Position numbers and translations under genes: made by a program. From Guillardia theta CCMP2712 (lineage: Eukaryota > Protista > Cryptophyta), in contig NW_005434517.1 of assembly GCF_000315625.1 (NCBI RefSeq), positions 42,052-106,051 of the forward strand: a stretch of DNA of 64,000 bases, written 5' to 3'. The notes beneath the pieces were generated by a model that did not search any database, was not told where the DNA came from, and saw nothing but the letters and a program-made list of their open reading frames with translations. Shown here piece by piece: positions 25,200 to 37,883 of this stretch. Position 1 is the stretch's first letter; each line of letters starts with the position of its first letter.

Positions 25200-26290
25200 C
25201 ACTAGGCCGGGCCGTGTGAGTCAACCGTGACTCGGTGCCGGCTTGGCGGCGGCGGCGGCCGGGCCCGGGCCCGGGCCGGCCTGCCCGCGGCTAGAGGCGG
25301 CGGCCTGAGCGGCCAGTGCCGCGCCGGCGTCACTGCGTCACACGGGACTCCCCGTCGGGCCCGGGGCCCGCCGAGGCGGCAGCCTGCCCGGCCAGTGCGG
25401 CGGGCGGCGCGGCCTACTACCGTACCGTGACATGATGGTCAGCGGCGGCCGCCGCACCCCCGGCGGCGGGGACGCTGAGCCTCGGAGCTCGGAGGCTTGA
25501 ACGAAGGCACGGCGCAGTTCGCCCAGTCACTGGCTCAGCCGGACTCGGTGCAACTTGGCGCGGCAAGTCACGCCACAGTGACGGCGTCCGAGTCCGCTCC
25601 GAGCGGCTCACGGTATTCACTGAAGTAACTTCAATCATTCTACTAGTCATCATCAGTGCCAGTGGTATGCGGCCGGGCCCGGCGGGCGGCTCCCGGGCCG
25701 AGCCTTGCGGAGTCCGGCAAGCCGCCCCGGCGGCGCTGACTGAGCTGACGGCGGCGTCCTAGTGAGCCGCGGCTCACTGACGCAGTCCGGAGTGCCGTGG
25801 CAGGCGGGCCGCCGGGCCGCCGGGCGGGCCCCGCCGCCGCGCGCGGCGGCCGTCGGAGAGCACGGTACGGTCCGTCCGGATCCGATTGAATACATCCTCG
25901 TACTGATCAGTTTTAACTTAAAAAAAAAAAGGGCCCAATTTTCAGCCTCAGTGCCTTGGCCTAACTTTACTCAACTTGGCCAGGAGAGTCACGGAGTCAC
26001 GAGTCGAGGCCTGCACACAGTGGCGGGGGCCTAACTTAAGTCAACCGTGAGCGGCGGCGTACGCCGCCGGCGTACGGTCACGGCAGTGCCATGATGCGCC
26101 GCAGTCGCGGCCGTTCAACGGTTCACGGTTGACTTAAGTTAGTACCGGCGGCCGCCCGGGGCGGCCGCCGGTTCGGTGAGCGGCGGCCCGGCTTTCCGGA
26201 CCGGCGTCACGCGGACGGTCGGGCAGCTTTCTATCCGACTGGATAGAGTGCGGCATGCGCTCCGTAGCCGCGCAAGGTTCATGCCGCATC
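25200..26290. repeat. Large GC-rich palindromic intergenic island
   Basis: Dense CCGG/GGCC/CCGTACGG words; perfect 20-bp inverted repeat 26031-26050/26123-26142; 18-bp palindrome 26052-26069; 13-bp hairpin arms 26144-26172. Confidence 0.8.
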
Positions 26291-27383
26291 AGCTGCAGCT
26301 TTTAAAGGGAGCGATTCATGTTTGGTGTACCTCGAAATCAAGTCTTTTTGTATATCACTGAGCCAGCGATCACGACCTATCCACGGCATTCCAGCGGTCC
26401 AGCTCTAACACCATACCCCCACCCTCCATTTGCCGGAACTGCCAACGACTACCCTTACACCACTCTAAATAGTACCCACCCCTTTCTCAGCAATTTCTCT
26501 CTAATCAGGAAGTACCGGTCCAGTTCATTTACCTGCGCAGGCCTCCTGCAGGGGGGTTTCACCTGAGATCCCCAACCTCTACATCAACCACCCCACCCTC
26601 AACTTCCCTGGACCACCCCCTCTTTTCCCAGGTTTTGCTTCCCTCAACGTAAAAGGGGGGAAACAAGGTCCAGAGGTCACCCTACCACCTACCATGACCA
26701 CCCCACCCCCATCGTGCGGACGCAAGCGTCCTAGCATCCCCACCCTTCAATTTCCAAAAGGGATATAGAAAAATCCACCCCCTGTGATCGATTTTGTACC
26801 TGCCCCTTTTGACTACCCCCTATATTCCAGCAAAATGACCACCCGACCCCTTCCTTCCCTTGTATGTGCTTCAAACCTCATCCAAATCTCCTCAATCCCA
26901 CCTAGAAGGATAATTCTTCCCGCTCTACTCGTGTCCCCTGCCCTCCTTCGTTGCCCCTCCTTCTTTCATGTTCGTTCCATTCTCAACCTCTCAGGAGACC
27001 AGAGAAGCTAGAGAGAGGACAAGGACGTGGGAGACCATGGAAAGAAGTAGTCATACACTCAGTTGAATCGATCAGAGCAAAGTTCTACAGTTGCGAGAAG
27101 TTTGAGTTGATATAATATTAGCTAATCTGACGTAGACAAGAGACCGAGTCGAATTGGTCAGTGCTGATGGGACTAAACGAATGAGCAAAAACGGCTGTTG
27201 TGGTTTTGTTGGCCACAACAACACATGTCGAACCTAGCAAAGACTTCATTCTCAATGTGAACAAAAGTTGAAAAGTTTGAGGAGAAGCAATCATCCGCAG
27301 GATAGAGTACTCGACTGGATTAGATAATCAGAAGACCAGATCGAATGTCCATGTGGCTTCTTGCTCACCAGCTTCTTTTCAGA

Positions 27384-28204
27384 TGCAGAACAACAACAAC
27401 AACAATTCAAATAGGCTGTCAAACTATTGGTACATCGAAGCAGGATGGAGGAACGGCATGGCGAACGCAAGGGACTTAGGGATGGAGTTCTACAGCCATG
27501 CGACGTCATCAAGCTTCATTGACGATCCTTTCTTGCCACCTGGCGCAAACATACGGATGCCGACACATCAAACAACTGCCCTCGACGCCTCCCGCTTGTT
27601 CCAGACAACTGACAGATTTGCGATGATCAGCAACGACAAGAGCATGCAGAGTCAGATGAAGTTGCAAGCGAGCAACTTTTCTGGTGACATCTCGCTAGCT
27701 GGAGAAGGGCCTTCTGTCCTCAAGAGGTTCAAGCCTGATACTACTCCCCGTGCTCGCGGGGTCGACCAGGATCGGGTCTTGACGGACAGCAGTCGTTCGT
27801 CTCTGTCTGCCAGCTCTAGTTGTGTCTCGCCCATCTCTTGTCCCAGCCTCTCCTCCATCATCACGAGCAATCGTTCCTCGTCCCCCCTCTGGTCCATGCC
27901 CTCAGGAACGGGGGAGCAGAAGCTGGAATCCGTCCATTCCTTCTCGGACGTGAACAATGACTTGGGTGTCGGCGTGAGCCACATACGGCAGCGGGAGGGA
28001 GCAGGTGTCTCGGACCCGTTCCAACCAGCCTCAAGCAAGGCAGGAGGGGAGGAGGTAGGCAAGGAGGGGAGCGATGCTCCGGCGGTTGACCCGGAGGTCG
28101 ATGACTCGGATTTGACGATGGGGCCGGGAGATCCCTGGACCTTCAGTGCTTCTTCTTTCACATCTCGCACATCAGAAAACAAGAGGAGATATGAACCCTT
28201 CTAG
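27384..28204 (+). CDS. Hypothetical Ser-rich low-complexity protein
   Basis: Long single ORF with coding-like composition, followed by AT-rich 3' sequence. No domain recognised. Confidence 0.5.
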
Positions 28205-28354
28205 GAGCCTCGTGTACATCATTTCAGGAATATTCATTATCTTGTATATACAGGTATAACATAGTTTCATCTCAATGTTGTAAGAAAATTCTTTGTAGTC
28301 TTGCTGAGTTTAGAAATGAATAAATGAGTCTTTCCGTCATGGGGATTTTGTCTT

Positions 28355-30644
28355 CTATCGCGTTTTGTTCACATCTACCCGGCATACAGACCTGACAGCT
28401 GTCTCGGCAATATCCATCATCTTATCATCGTCTGGAGGTACGACGATGTGCAGCGCTTTGATGTTGGACGACGCTAGCAAGACAGTCAGGCTGAGGGAGG
28501 AAGCACGAAAAGGAAAGGAAGAAGACGAAGAAGCCGGCAGGACCTCGTATCTCCTCCCACAGGCAGCGCATAACAGCAGTCGATCGGATCATGAGCTTCT
28601 CATTTCTGCTCAAGTTTCCTGTCGCAACCCGTCATTGGTTCCTCCTCTTCATCCTCCTCTCCTACTCCCTTCCTTTCCCTCCCATTTCCCTTCCGTAAAC
28701 CCTAAACTTCTGTCCCTCGTAGCCTCTTCCTCCTCCCCTACAAGTGACTCGCCCTTACCTTCCATCTCAGCACTTCCGCTCAAGCCCTCAGCAAATGCCG
28801 GAGATGCTTCGGCGCTGGTCTCGGTGAGGAGGAGAGGGACGGCAAGTCCTGTAACCGAGTGCCTAGCTGCTGCCTGCACAACCGACCGCAACCCAGCAGA
28901 CACTCGGCTGTCCGGGTTCACGGGGTGAGGAACGCTCTCGACCACGAGGTGGAAGGCGACGTGGGCAGCGACCAAGTTCGTGTGCCATGTTGAGCACCAT
29001 TGACCGACGTCGAGGAAGGTTGTTTCTTTGCGTCTGCTCCGGATGCTTTCCAGCTGGAGGAAGGTGAGACGAAGCAGGCAATCGGAGGTTGATAAGAAAG
29101 ACGTGGTGAGTAGAGGTGTAGGAGATCAGGAGTGAGATAGACGAACAGGTCCAGGAGCAGCAGGAGCAGCAGGAGCAGCGAAGGATGGGAAGGAGGCAAA
29201 GGAAATCAGGTACGGACTGGGCATGATTCGAACGAGGAAGGATACTTGTGCGGGGAGGTCAGGGGCGAGGAGCTCAGCAGATGAGCAGCATCCTTCAACG
29301 AAGCTCGCCGCCGTGAAAGGCCTTGGTGACGCCTCCGTCAGAGGAGAGGAGATTCGGGGGAGGTGTACCTTGTGGCGGAGGAAGAAGGGTGAGCGATGGG
29401 AATGACGAGCCCTAAGAGGTTGTCCCCAGCAATGCCCCGCATGACAGCCTCTGTCCTCCGCTTGCCCCCTGAGGGAGGGCCGGTGCAGTACTCCAAGATC
29501 CTGCCCTGCCGTACCTGTATCCTCACCTTCTTCCTCAGCTGGTTCGTTCCCACCCACGAGACCAGGTCAATGGCGCCGCGAGGGCGACTAGCCTTGGTCG
29601 ACGCCAGCCTGCCGTACATGGACCACAGCCCCTTGGATGTCTCCTCCTCCTCTCTTCCCGCCCCCTTCTCGCCTCCTCCGAACACTTCGTTCCATGCATC
29701 CATCGGGTCCTCGTGCGCAGTCAAAATCTCCCCCTCGTTGGGACTCGCAGGGTTCGTCGCCTCCTTCTTCATCCCCCCCTTGGTCTCCTCTACACTCTCC
29801 CGTTGGATCACATTCATGTAGGAGGAAAAGTCGTTCCTCTGCACTTCCTGCATCTTCGACAGAGACTTGCGGTATTCCTTTCCTGCCAACTTCTTCTTCT
29901 CTCTGTACCTGCATCAAGGAAGACGCGCCAGAGCTCATCAGAGTCCAGCACGGGTATCATCGATCATCACCTTGTCTTCAACGCCTCCAGCTGCTTGTTC
30001 ACCTCGTCTTCATGCATGAAAGCGCCTCGCAAAACAATACTTTGATGCTCTCTCTCATATTCTTTCTCACACCCCTCCATTATCTCCATCCTTCTGCTGG
30101 CAAGAGCCATCCCGTCCTCCCAGAACACCCGCATCAGGTCCAAGACAGGTTTGCTCGTGGACGCCTCTCGCATCAGCATGCTGAACCTCTCGATCGGGCT
30201 CACCTGAATCTCTTCCTTTGCGATCGAGATCCGGCACTGGTAGCTGGAGTTGACGAACGACATCCCATAGACGCTCGTCATCTTGTCGACCAATGCAGGC
30301 ACGTCCTCGGGTGATAGTAGAAGGCCATCCTTTTGTTCTTCTTCCCCCTGTCCTGCTGCTGCTGCTGCTGCTGCTGCTTGATTGATTTCTGCGCGTTCTG
30401 CTCCAAGCTCATGTCCCGCCTTCGATTCCCTTCCGGAGCGATTCAGAAGCTTGCTTGCGATGACTAAGAAGGAATGCCTCCTCCACTCGGGCAGCTGTTC
30501 AGATTCGAATATTTCCAGCATCACTCTTTCTTTCTCTTCCTTGCTCAGACAAGACGGAATGCTCACATCGATCTGATACTCGCCTTCCCCCCCATCGTCC
30601 ACTATCAAGGTGAAGTTCTCGCATACATCCTGCGAGTCCTCCAT
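28355..30644 (-). CDS. Multi-exon hypothetical protein with a coiled-coil region
   Basis: Long exons 29970-30644 and about 29385-29908 joined by a GT-AG intron; further exons to a stop at about 28355. Confidence 0.6.
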
Positions 30645-30739
30645 GTCTGGAGACAGCTCCTCGACTGAAGGATCAACACAAGCGCATCAGTAGATTGTCA
30701 TGGCACATCTCCTTGTGCTTTTTAAAGTTCAGATTTAAA

Positions 30740-31330
30740 AATACCCCGGCAGTGCTGGCCCGGCGCCGGACTCCCGAGTCCGGAGCTCGGCGGCGGCCGC
30801 GCCGCCGGCCCGGCCGCGCACGGCCAGTCACTGTGCGCTGCCGCAGGCTGCGGCGTCGGACGCCGCGGCGGCAGGCTGTCAGAGTACCGTGTCCCTCCCG
30901 GGCGCGGGGCTCGGCCCGGGCCCGGCCAGCCCTGCGTGACGGTGACGTGACCCCGGGCCCCGCGGCACTGCCGGGCCGCCCGGCGCCGAACGGTTCAAAC
31001 CGGCCGGGCCGGGCGGGTGTGTCACCGCCCGACCGTACGGTGACAAGAATGCCGCAGTGCAGTGCCGACGCGAGTACGGTCACCGTACGGAGCCTGAGGC
31101 TCCGAGCAGACTCTTAACTTGCCTGAGTTGCCGCGGCCAGTTGGGACCAAGGCCCCGGACCCGTACTACGGTACCGTCGGACCGTACGGTACTCTCTGCG
31201 GCCCCCCCGAGGAGGTGCAGTGACTCAGTCACGGCGGAGACTCTGGCAGCCTGTGAGTACTGACAGTGCAGTGCCACGGTCGGAAAGGTTCCGAACGGTT
31301 CCGCCGTCCCCGCCGCCAACTTTCACTAAT
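30740..31330. repeat. GC-rich palindromic intergenic island
   Basis: Same vocabulary as the other islands (ccggcc, ccgtacgg, cggtaccg, gtcac, actcagt). Confidence 0.75.
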
Positions 31331-31479
31331 CTTCCGCTAGTCCACTGCGGCGCCGGGGAGTCAAAGCGTCCAGATTCACCATCTGATTTTAAGATCACAA
31401 TGGTGAATCACCATCTGATGAAAGTTTAAGATCACAATCGGACCACCAAGAAGGACATGCCTCTCATCAGCCGATATTC

Positions 31480-32130
31480 AGCAAGCGAGGCCCACGGTCT
31501 CTAGTTCACGGTTGGCACGTTGATTTTTCTAGCCATTACAATCAAACTTAGTGCGATATTTTTCTTCTCTGTTGTGTACTTGTCGCAATATTTGATATCT
31601 GCTATTGACCAAGTTATCATCTGTGCAAAACACATGCTCAGATATTGAGCTGGCACAAGGGATTTTTCCATCTCGTTTGCTGCAAACAACTTTCGACCAG
31701 ACCTCAGTGCCAAGTTTTGTTTGTGGGCTCCAGCTTGGGGAACTGCCCAGCAACTTATCGCAGCTATCATGGACCTGTCTTATCACCTGGAAGAGTGGCA
31801 GACAGCGATGCGTGGCGACTAGCAGCATGGCCCGGAAGCAGAGCTCTACGCTCTCTCCATGGCCGTCTACGATGTTTTGGGATCTTCGCAATCTGGTTCA
31901 AGAGCTGCGCATTGCTCTTTCAGCTGCATTCTATTATCTACGTGGATAATGCGGCGGTAATTCAATTTTCTGAGTCAACAAGGGCAGATAACGTCACTTC
32001 GATATACGGCTCAGTTCTATTATGTGCGTGAAAAAGACGGTTCAGGAAGGCATCATCGAGATATTTCATATCATAGCAGTACCCAAGGTATCCTCCCGGT
32101 TCACCGCAGACCTCATGATGAAGGTTCATC
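31480..32130 (+). mobile_element. Degenerate Ty1/copia reverse transcriptase C-terminus and RNase H relic
   Basis: Frameshifted peptides VGTLIFLA..VVYLSQY..AKHMLRY*AGT, ITWKSGRQRCVATSS, LRNLVQEL, IIYVDNAAVI, RHFDIR..VQEGIIEIFHI..ADLMMK match copia RT/RNase H motifs. Confidence 0.8.
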
Positions 32131-33329
32131 CTCGAGCAACCTTCGGACGCAGGTTTGAAATCAGGGACCCGAAGAGATGTCGATTGAGAACTTTACGGAG
32201 CTTCAGCGTCGTCGCACCCGGGCCTGAGACAGTGACCATCAACATCACTGGCCGGGCCGATCAGCCAGCCGACTCGACTTGCGCAGCGGCTTCAACATTG
32301 AATGACGAAGCAGATGCTTTTGAGGAAGACTCTGAAGGGCTCACAGGTCCCAAGATAAACAAGATCGAAGTGGAGACATCAAGATCGATGAAGCCCGCTG
32401 ATGAATGGACAGCTTGTGGAACCATCGTCAAGAAGAATATGCAGATCAAGATGTCAAGACCAAACTTGACTCCGAGAAGGGTGGCAAAGTGCAACTGTCT
32501 GAACTGACGAAATCCTTTTTGGGGGAGAACAAGGTATGATGCGCTGACAAGAACGCGAGATAACCAGTGCACTGAGGGAAGAGTCACACCTGTATGTTTG
32601 TAGCAAGCTCTTGTTAACATGAAGTTTGCCCTCGGATCTTCATTCTTAAGCTCCCTGCATGCCTACCTCAGGAAGTACTTGTTGATTTCTACACTGGGAC
32701 TCCGTGACTGGCTGAAGTGCCCTCCGAGGCTCGGAACTACCGGTACCCCCCGGCGAGTGAAAACAAGTCGGAGACAACCCCCCGGACACGTTACAAGTCA
32801 CCGTACTAGTATTCTCTATTGACTGAAAAAGAAAGACACCGTACTACCTTGATTCCGGCTCTTCCGAACGTCACACCGGTCATTCCATTTATAAGTCACC
32901 TCACTGCACTAACCGGTACACTATCAAGTTCGGGACTACCGGGAGGGTGTGTGAGTACCCCCTGGTTGCCCCTGCCGTGAAAGGGTCACTGACTAAGGTG
33001 ACAGTGAAGATCACGGGGTTTACTTGGGCGAAAAAAACAAAATGATTGCCCTGGGTATGACCCACCCGAAACAATGTGGGGAGATGGGGGGGTGACATTC
33101 GGCTGATTGATCTTGAGATTTTATTTTATGTTCAGGAACATGACGGAAGTATATTGCATAATTTAAAAACTTTCAGATTAATTTTAAAATTTTATCGATG
33201 ATTTGGGTGTGGACTGTGACCAAAGACATGCTATGGCATTTGGTTGAGTCGAACAGTGGCTAGGCAAGGGCTTGTGAACGAGAGAGGAAGGGCAGGGAAA
33301 GGCAAGGCAAAGAGGAAGAAGACAAATCA

Positions 33330-36300
33330 GATGAGGCGATGAAGTCCTTCCTGATCAGAGCAGAGATCAATGTCGGGTAGAGAGAGGGTAGGAGGAAGAT
33401 CGGTCATGCAAAGAGGTCTGGCAAGAACTGCACCTATAAGTCAAAACTCGTCGCAAAGGATGGAGATTGGCTACAGAGAGGGTCAACGGATAAGATTTGA
33501 GAATTCCAGACGAAAAAGATGCTGATGTGATTGTTTTCATGTTGATATGGGCAAGTGCATGCTGGTACAGCCTTCACAAGACTAATCTTGGTTTTCTCTC
33601 ATTCCAGCAATACAGTTGTCTTACAATGCATTCTTGTTTTGTTATGTTTGAAGAAGCAAGTGTTTTGTTATGAGAATTTGGACCCTGAGCCTGAGAGTGC
33701 AACACTCATTGACTTTCACACAGTTGGAGCAACCTTCGGGCAATATAGGCTCTCTAACTGCGTTTCCGAGACTAAGCGGCAGAGGGGCTTGTTCTTTGAC
33801 GACAGGCGAAAAGCTGACTCATGCAGAGATCTTTCAACTTGGGTGTCAGAACTTTCCATCAGATCTTGTTCACGTGCATCGGGTTGACGCTTCTTGCTCA
33901 TGCTTGGGGAAAGGAGCAGTTGAACATAGAGGGAACCTGGCTTGCAAACATCTGCAATGAGACAAATTTTGCTTTGCCGTTCGTCCTGGGTGAATTTTCT
34001 GCTTGCCTGCAAGAGTCCACGTTCTCAAACATTTCTTGTGTGCAGGCAAAACGTATGAACACCTGCTGGGCCCTGCCGTCCTCGAAGATTCGAATTTGCT
34101 GCTCCGAATGGAGCTTGAGCTCAAGACCTTGTGGGGATCTCCTGTCAAGGTGACTACTCTCATGACCAGAACAATCACATCCAATCATGATGACGTACTC
34201 AACAGGATTCAGTGTACGCGCCGAACAATGATGAGAAGAACAACAGTCTTGATGTCGAGGCTTGCAGATTAATGGCCCTTGAGATCAACTCGAGGGTTGA
34301 CATACGGAAGAAGGTCCGGTGGCAGCAGGTCGCAGCCTGTGAGCTCTGCCGTCCTGATGTCGCGGAATGGATCCGGAAGGAGGCAGGAGAAGCTGTAATT
34401 CTCCGGCATCTGGCGAGCTACGCGGCCCTGTACACCTCCTACTCCATCGATCTCATATGCCATGCGCTCGACGAGGTTGGGCTCCGCAGGTACCTGACGA
34501 CAAGAGAGTCCAATGAGTCTCTGCCGATATCAGGCGCATCTGCCGAGCTGCTGGTGGGTGTGGAGCCGTCGAGGTGCTCGGCAAACTCCTGGCAGCTCTG
34601 CTCAGAATCGGCTGGTCATGGAGGAAAGATACAAGGAGAGGGGAGGAGTGAAAGTTACCAGAAGGAGGTCTACCGGGCCAAGAAGATCTTGCTGAGCGAT
34701 CTCAACACATACCACCGCAAGGTCGCACGTCAGTACGCGACGATTCTTGGGGGGGAGGTGTTGACGGACCACCTGCACGTCCTGGAGGAATTGTTTGAGA
34801 AGGGAGACTCGCCCAGGAATGTTTTCAAGTTCCTCTTGGAGAACTTTGCGAACGTGGTCAAAGACAACACGGCGCAGGCGAGAGAGCGGGCCATGCAGTA
34901 CGTGCACGAGTCGTTCCAGCAGGTGCTGCTGCGGGATGCTGATCCTGACGCCCTCGAAGTCTACTCCGAGCTTCTGGTGCAGGGGACGCACGAGCGAGAG
35001 CTTCAATGCATCCTCAAGCGCTCCGAGGAATTTCGGTCGCTCTGCATTGACGGCAACGCGGTGAAGTGCGACGAGGCGATTCGGCTTGTCTCTCTTCAGT
35101 ATCACGAGGTTCTCAACCGACCGCCTGACCCCCGTGGCCTCTCGCGATATGCTCGCGAGGTAGTAATGGGATACTTGACTGCCGACGGCATCCGCGACGA
35201 CCTGGAGAGCAGCTCTGAGTTCCAAGCAGGACCTGGCATGCTCCGCAGGGTCTCCATGATTGCCAGAAATATCTCCGAGCAACATGAGCGCTGCTTGAAG
35301 ATCTGTTGCCCCTCCCCTTCACCCTCCTCCTCCTCCTCCTCCTCCTCCTCTTCATCCTCTTCATCCTCCTCCTCCTCCTCCTCTTCATCCTCCACCCCAA
35401 GCAAGATCTGTGCCAAGAACTGCAAACACCTAAAGAAGCTGAGCAGAGGCAGGTGCTCGCGAGAGCCCAAGGACCTGATCACGTGGGTCGAGTCCGTCCT
35501 ATGGGGGAAGCGACGGCTGCACAACTTCTTCAAGGCAGACTTGAGCAACCTGACGAGGTATCAGGTCTCGTCCAGGCTCGTCGTTCGCAAGTTTCTCGAT
35601 GTGTTGGGGCGATACCCTGACATGCCCGCCATGCTCAACTTTATCCCCAAAGTCGCCAGGGGTGAGATGAACGTGACGGACCTGACGAGCACCTTGGAGG
35701 CGAGCGACGAGAGGTCTCAGAAGTGGATCCAGCCGAGGCAACCGAAGCAGCTCGGCGAGCTGATCAAAAGAGCTGAGATGATCGCTGGGCTCCTAGTGGA
35801 GAACGGGATCGAGCTCACGGACGTAGCGCACTGTTTCACGATCGAGGAGGACGGGGCTGAGAGAAAGGTGACCATGAATGTTGTCCCGTCCAAGTCCTCC
35901 TGCAGGAAGGTCGGCAAGGTGCTTTGGAGCCTCCAGACTCTGTGGAACGCCAAGGGTCCGGTGCTGGGGAAGAAGGATGCTCCTGAGATTGACAAGCTCA
36001 GCCCCATCGCTGTCTTGCTGCAAGAAGATGACAAGGACCTATGGAAGATGATTGAAAGCCTCGGCAGCATTGCCGGCATCCAGCACTCAGTCGTCATCGT
36101 TTTCTCGCTGGGGTATGTCAGCACTGACTCTCTCGACAAAATGAAGGGTATTGACTTCGCCCGAATCCGAATTCTATTCCACCCGACCCGACAAGATCTG
36201 ATCCTGCAAGACCCCGACGTGGCTCAGAAGGTGACAGGCCTGCTGGACTCCTGCTGCTGCCGTTTGCTGACTCGCCCGTTTCCAGCTGCACTGGAGCTGG

Positions 36301-37234
36301 CTGCAGGAGATGCTCTTCGAGAACATCTCAGAGACAAGGAGCTGGACGGGGGACGTGGTTACCGTCTTCGGGGTGAAGGCGCTGACCTCCGACTTCCTCC
36401 GCATCCTCGAGGCAGCGAGAGTCTTCCAAAAGACCTTCTGCCCCACCTGCTGGAGCATCGCCATGGACGCGGGATGTGACGAGCGGCTGTCGACCGAGGA
36501 TGAGGACAACATGATCTGCGTCAACCATGGCAAGCTCGGCTCAACCATCGCCTTCAACTCCAGCATGTGAGCTTTTTGTGCTGAAGGCTGTCTCTTGCTC
36601 TTCCTGCCTTGCTCCTCGCTCGCTCTCCTGGCCACTTGCTCGCCGACCCTCACGCGTCTCAGGTACGAGAAGATCAGCAGGGAGAAGCTAGAGCTCATTC
36701 CGACCTCGTGGAACTTTTCCCTCTACTACCTGATGCAGGTCGACACGCGGCCCGCAATCAGATGTCACTGACATGAACTTGTCAAGTTGGACAAGTTGAG
36801 CTCCAAATCCATCGGACCTGCAGTACCAAGAGTGCATGACATCTCCTGCTTGAAAGGTTTAGAGCTGAACCCTTCATCCTCCTCTGTCTCCTCTCTGTCT
36901 CCTCTCTGTCTCCTTCTCTTCCCCTTCCCCCATGCTTCTCTTCCTCGTTCTCCCCGCCTCTTTCTCTCACCCTTCCTCACCCTTTCGCCCCCTCGTTAAT
37001 CCTTGATCACCTTCATTCTTCTTCAATCCATTTTCCTGTCTCGTGTCATCTGTCCTGCTGTCCTCCTCTCCTCTCCCTTTTCTCTCTCCTCTTCCTCCTC
37101 TCCCTCTTCCTCTTCCTCGCTCACTTGACATCTCAGACATTACCGACTATCTTGAGCTGCACCTGCAGTACTTCAAGCTTGGTTTCCATACCAGTCGTTT
37201 CGACGCCAATGCATTATGGAGAGGAGGAGAATAG
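33330..37234 (+). CDS. Large multi-exon protein with DUF4214-like helical repeats and a C-terminal glycosyltransferase-like (MGAT2/GT-A-like) region; start uncertain
   Basis: 755-aa exon. Repeats FQQVLLRDADPDALEVYS, YHEVLNRPPDPRGLSRYA and FLDVLGRYPDMPAMLNFI, each followed by L..S.E(F). C-terminal MIESLGSIAGIQHSVVIVFS...LHWSWLQEMLF. Confidence 0.6.
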
Positions 37235-37332
37235 GGAGAGGAGGAGAATAGGGAGAGGAGGAGAATAGGGAGAGGAGGAGAATAGGGAGAGGAGGAGAAT
37301 AGGGAGAGGAGGAGAATAGGGAGAGGAGGAGG
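37218..37332. repeat. 17-bp minisatellite (ggagaggaggagaatag) x6 plus a partial unit
   Basis: Direct observation. Confidence 0.95.
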
Positions 37333-37883
37333 CCTTCTGGCGTATCTGAAGTTGATGTATCGGCAGAAGGAAGCGGCAGGAGCGGAGCAGCGCGAGAGCT
37401 CAATCTTTCTCCCTGGCGTGGGTTTCGTCTCGCTAGCGTGAGCAGACATGAACGATATTCTTTAGCTCTGGGGCACAGCCCGAGGGCCTCCTCCTCGAAC
37501 CCTTGTGATGATGCGTGTAGAAACAGATAAACCCTGTATCAAGTACGATAGTGAAGGTCACCAGTGACTTCAAACGTCGACTCGTTGATCGCCTCGTGGC
37601 TTGCTCTGCGCTCGTTACTCTCTCAGTCTCTTGCCTCATCAGCAGCGTCCGACCGTCTTCTTCGCTCGTCGCCATGCCAGCCCTCCTGGCTGGTTCACTT
37701 CGGGCCGGAGTTCGGCCCGGCCGAACGGCCGTACAGTACGGTCCGTCGCGTAACTTTGAAGAATAAACTTTGCAACGTTGAAAGTGTCAACGTTTAGATC
37801 AAAGTTTCCAACTTGCAAAGATAGCTGGAATCGGGGTGAAAATGCTGGTGAAAATGGCGAGTAGGATCAAGAAGTAGAGGAGG

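Noticed and set aside
25200-26290. rRNA/tRNA genes or protein ORFs in the GC-rich islands
   Set aside because: No rRNA conserved motifs or tRNA cloverleaf/T-loop found. The ORFs are Arg/Pro/Ala-rich products of high GC content.
32022-32507. 161-aa ORF as a host gene
   Set aside because: Its N-terminal part is the tail of the copia RNase H relic; the remainder has no support.
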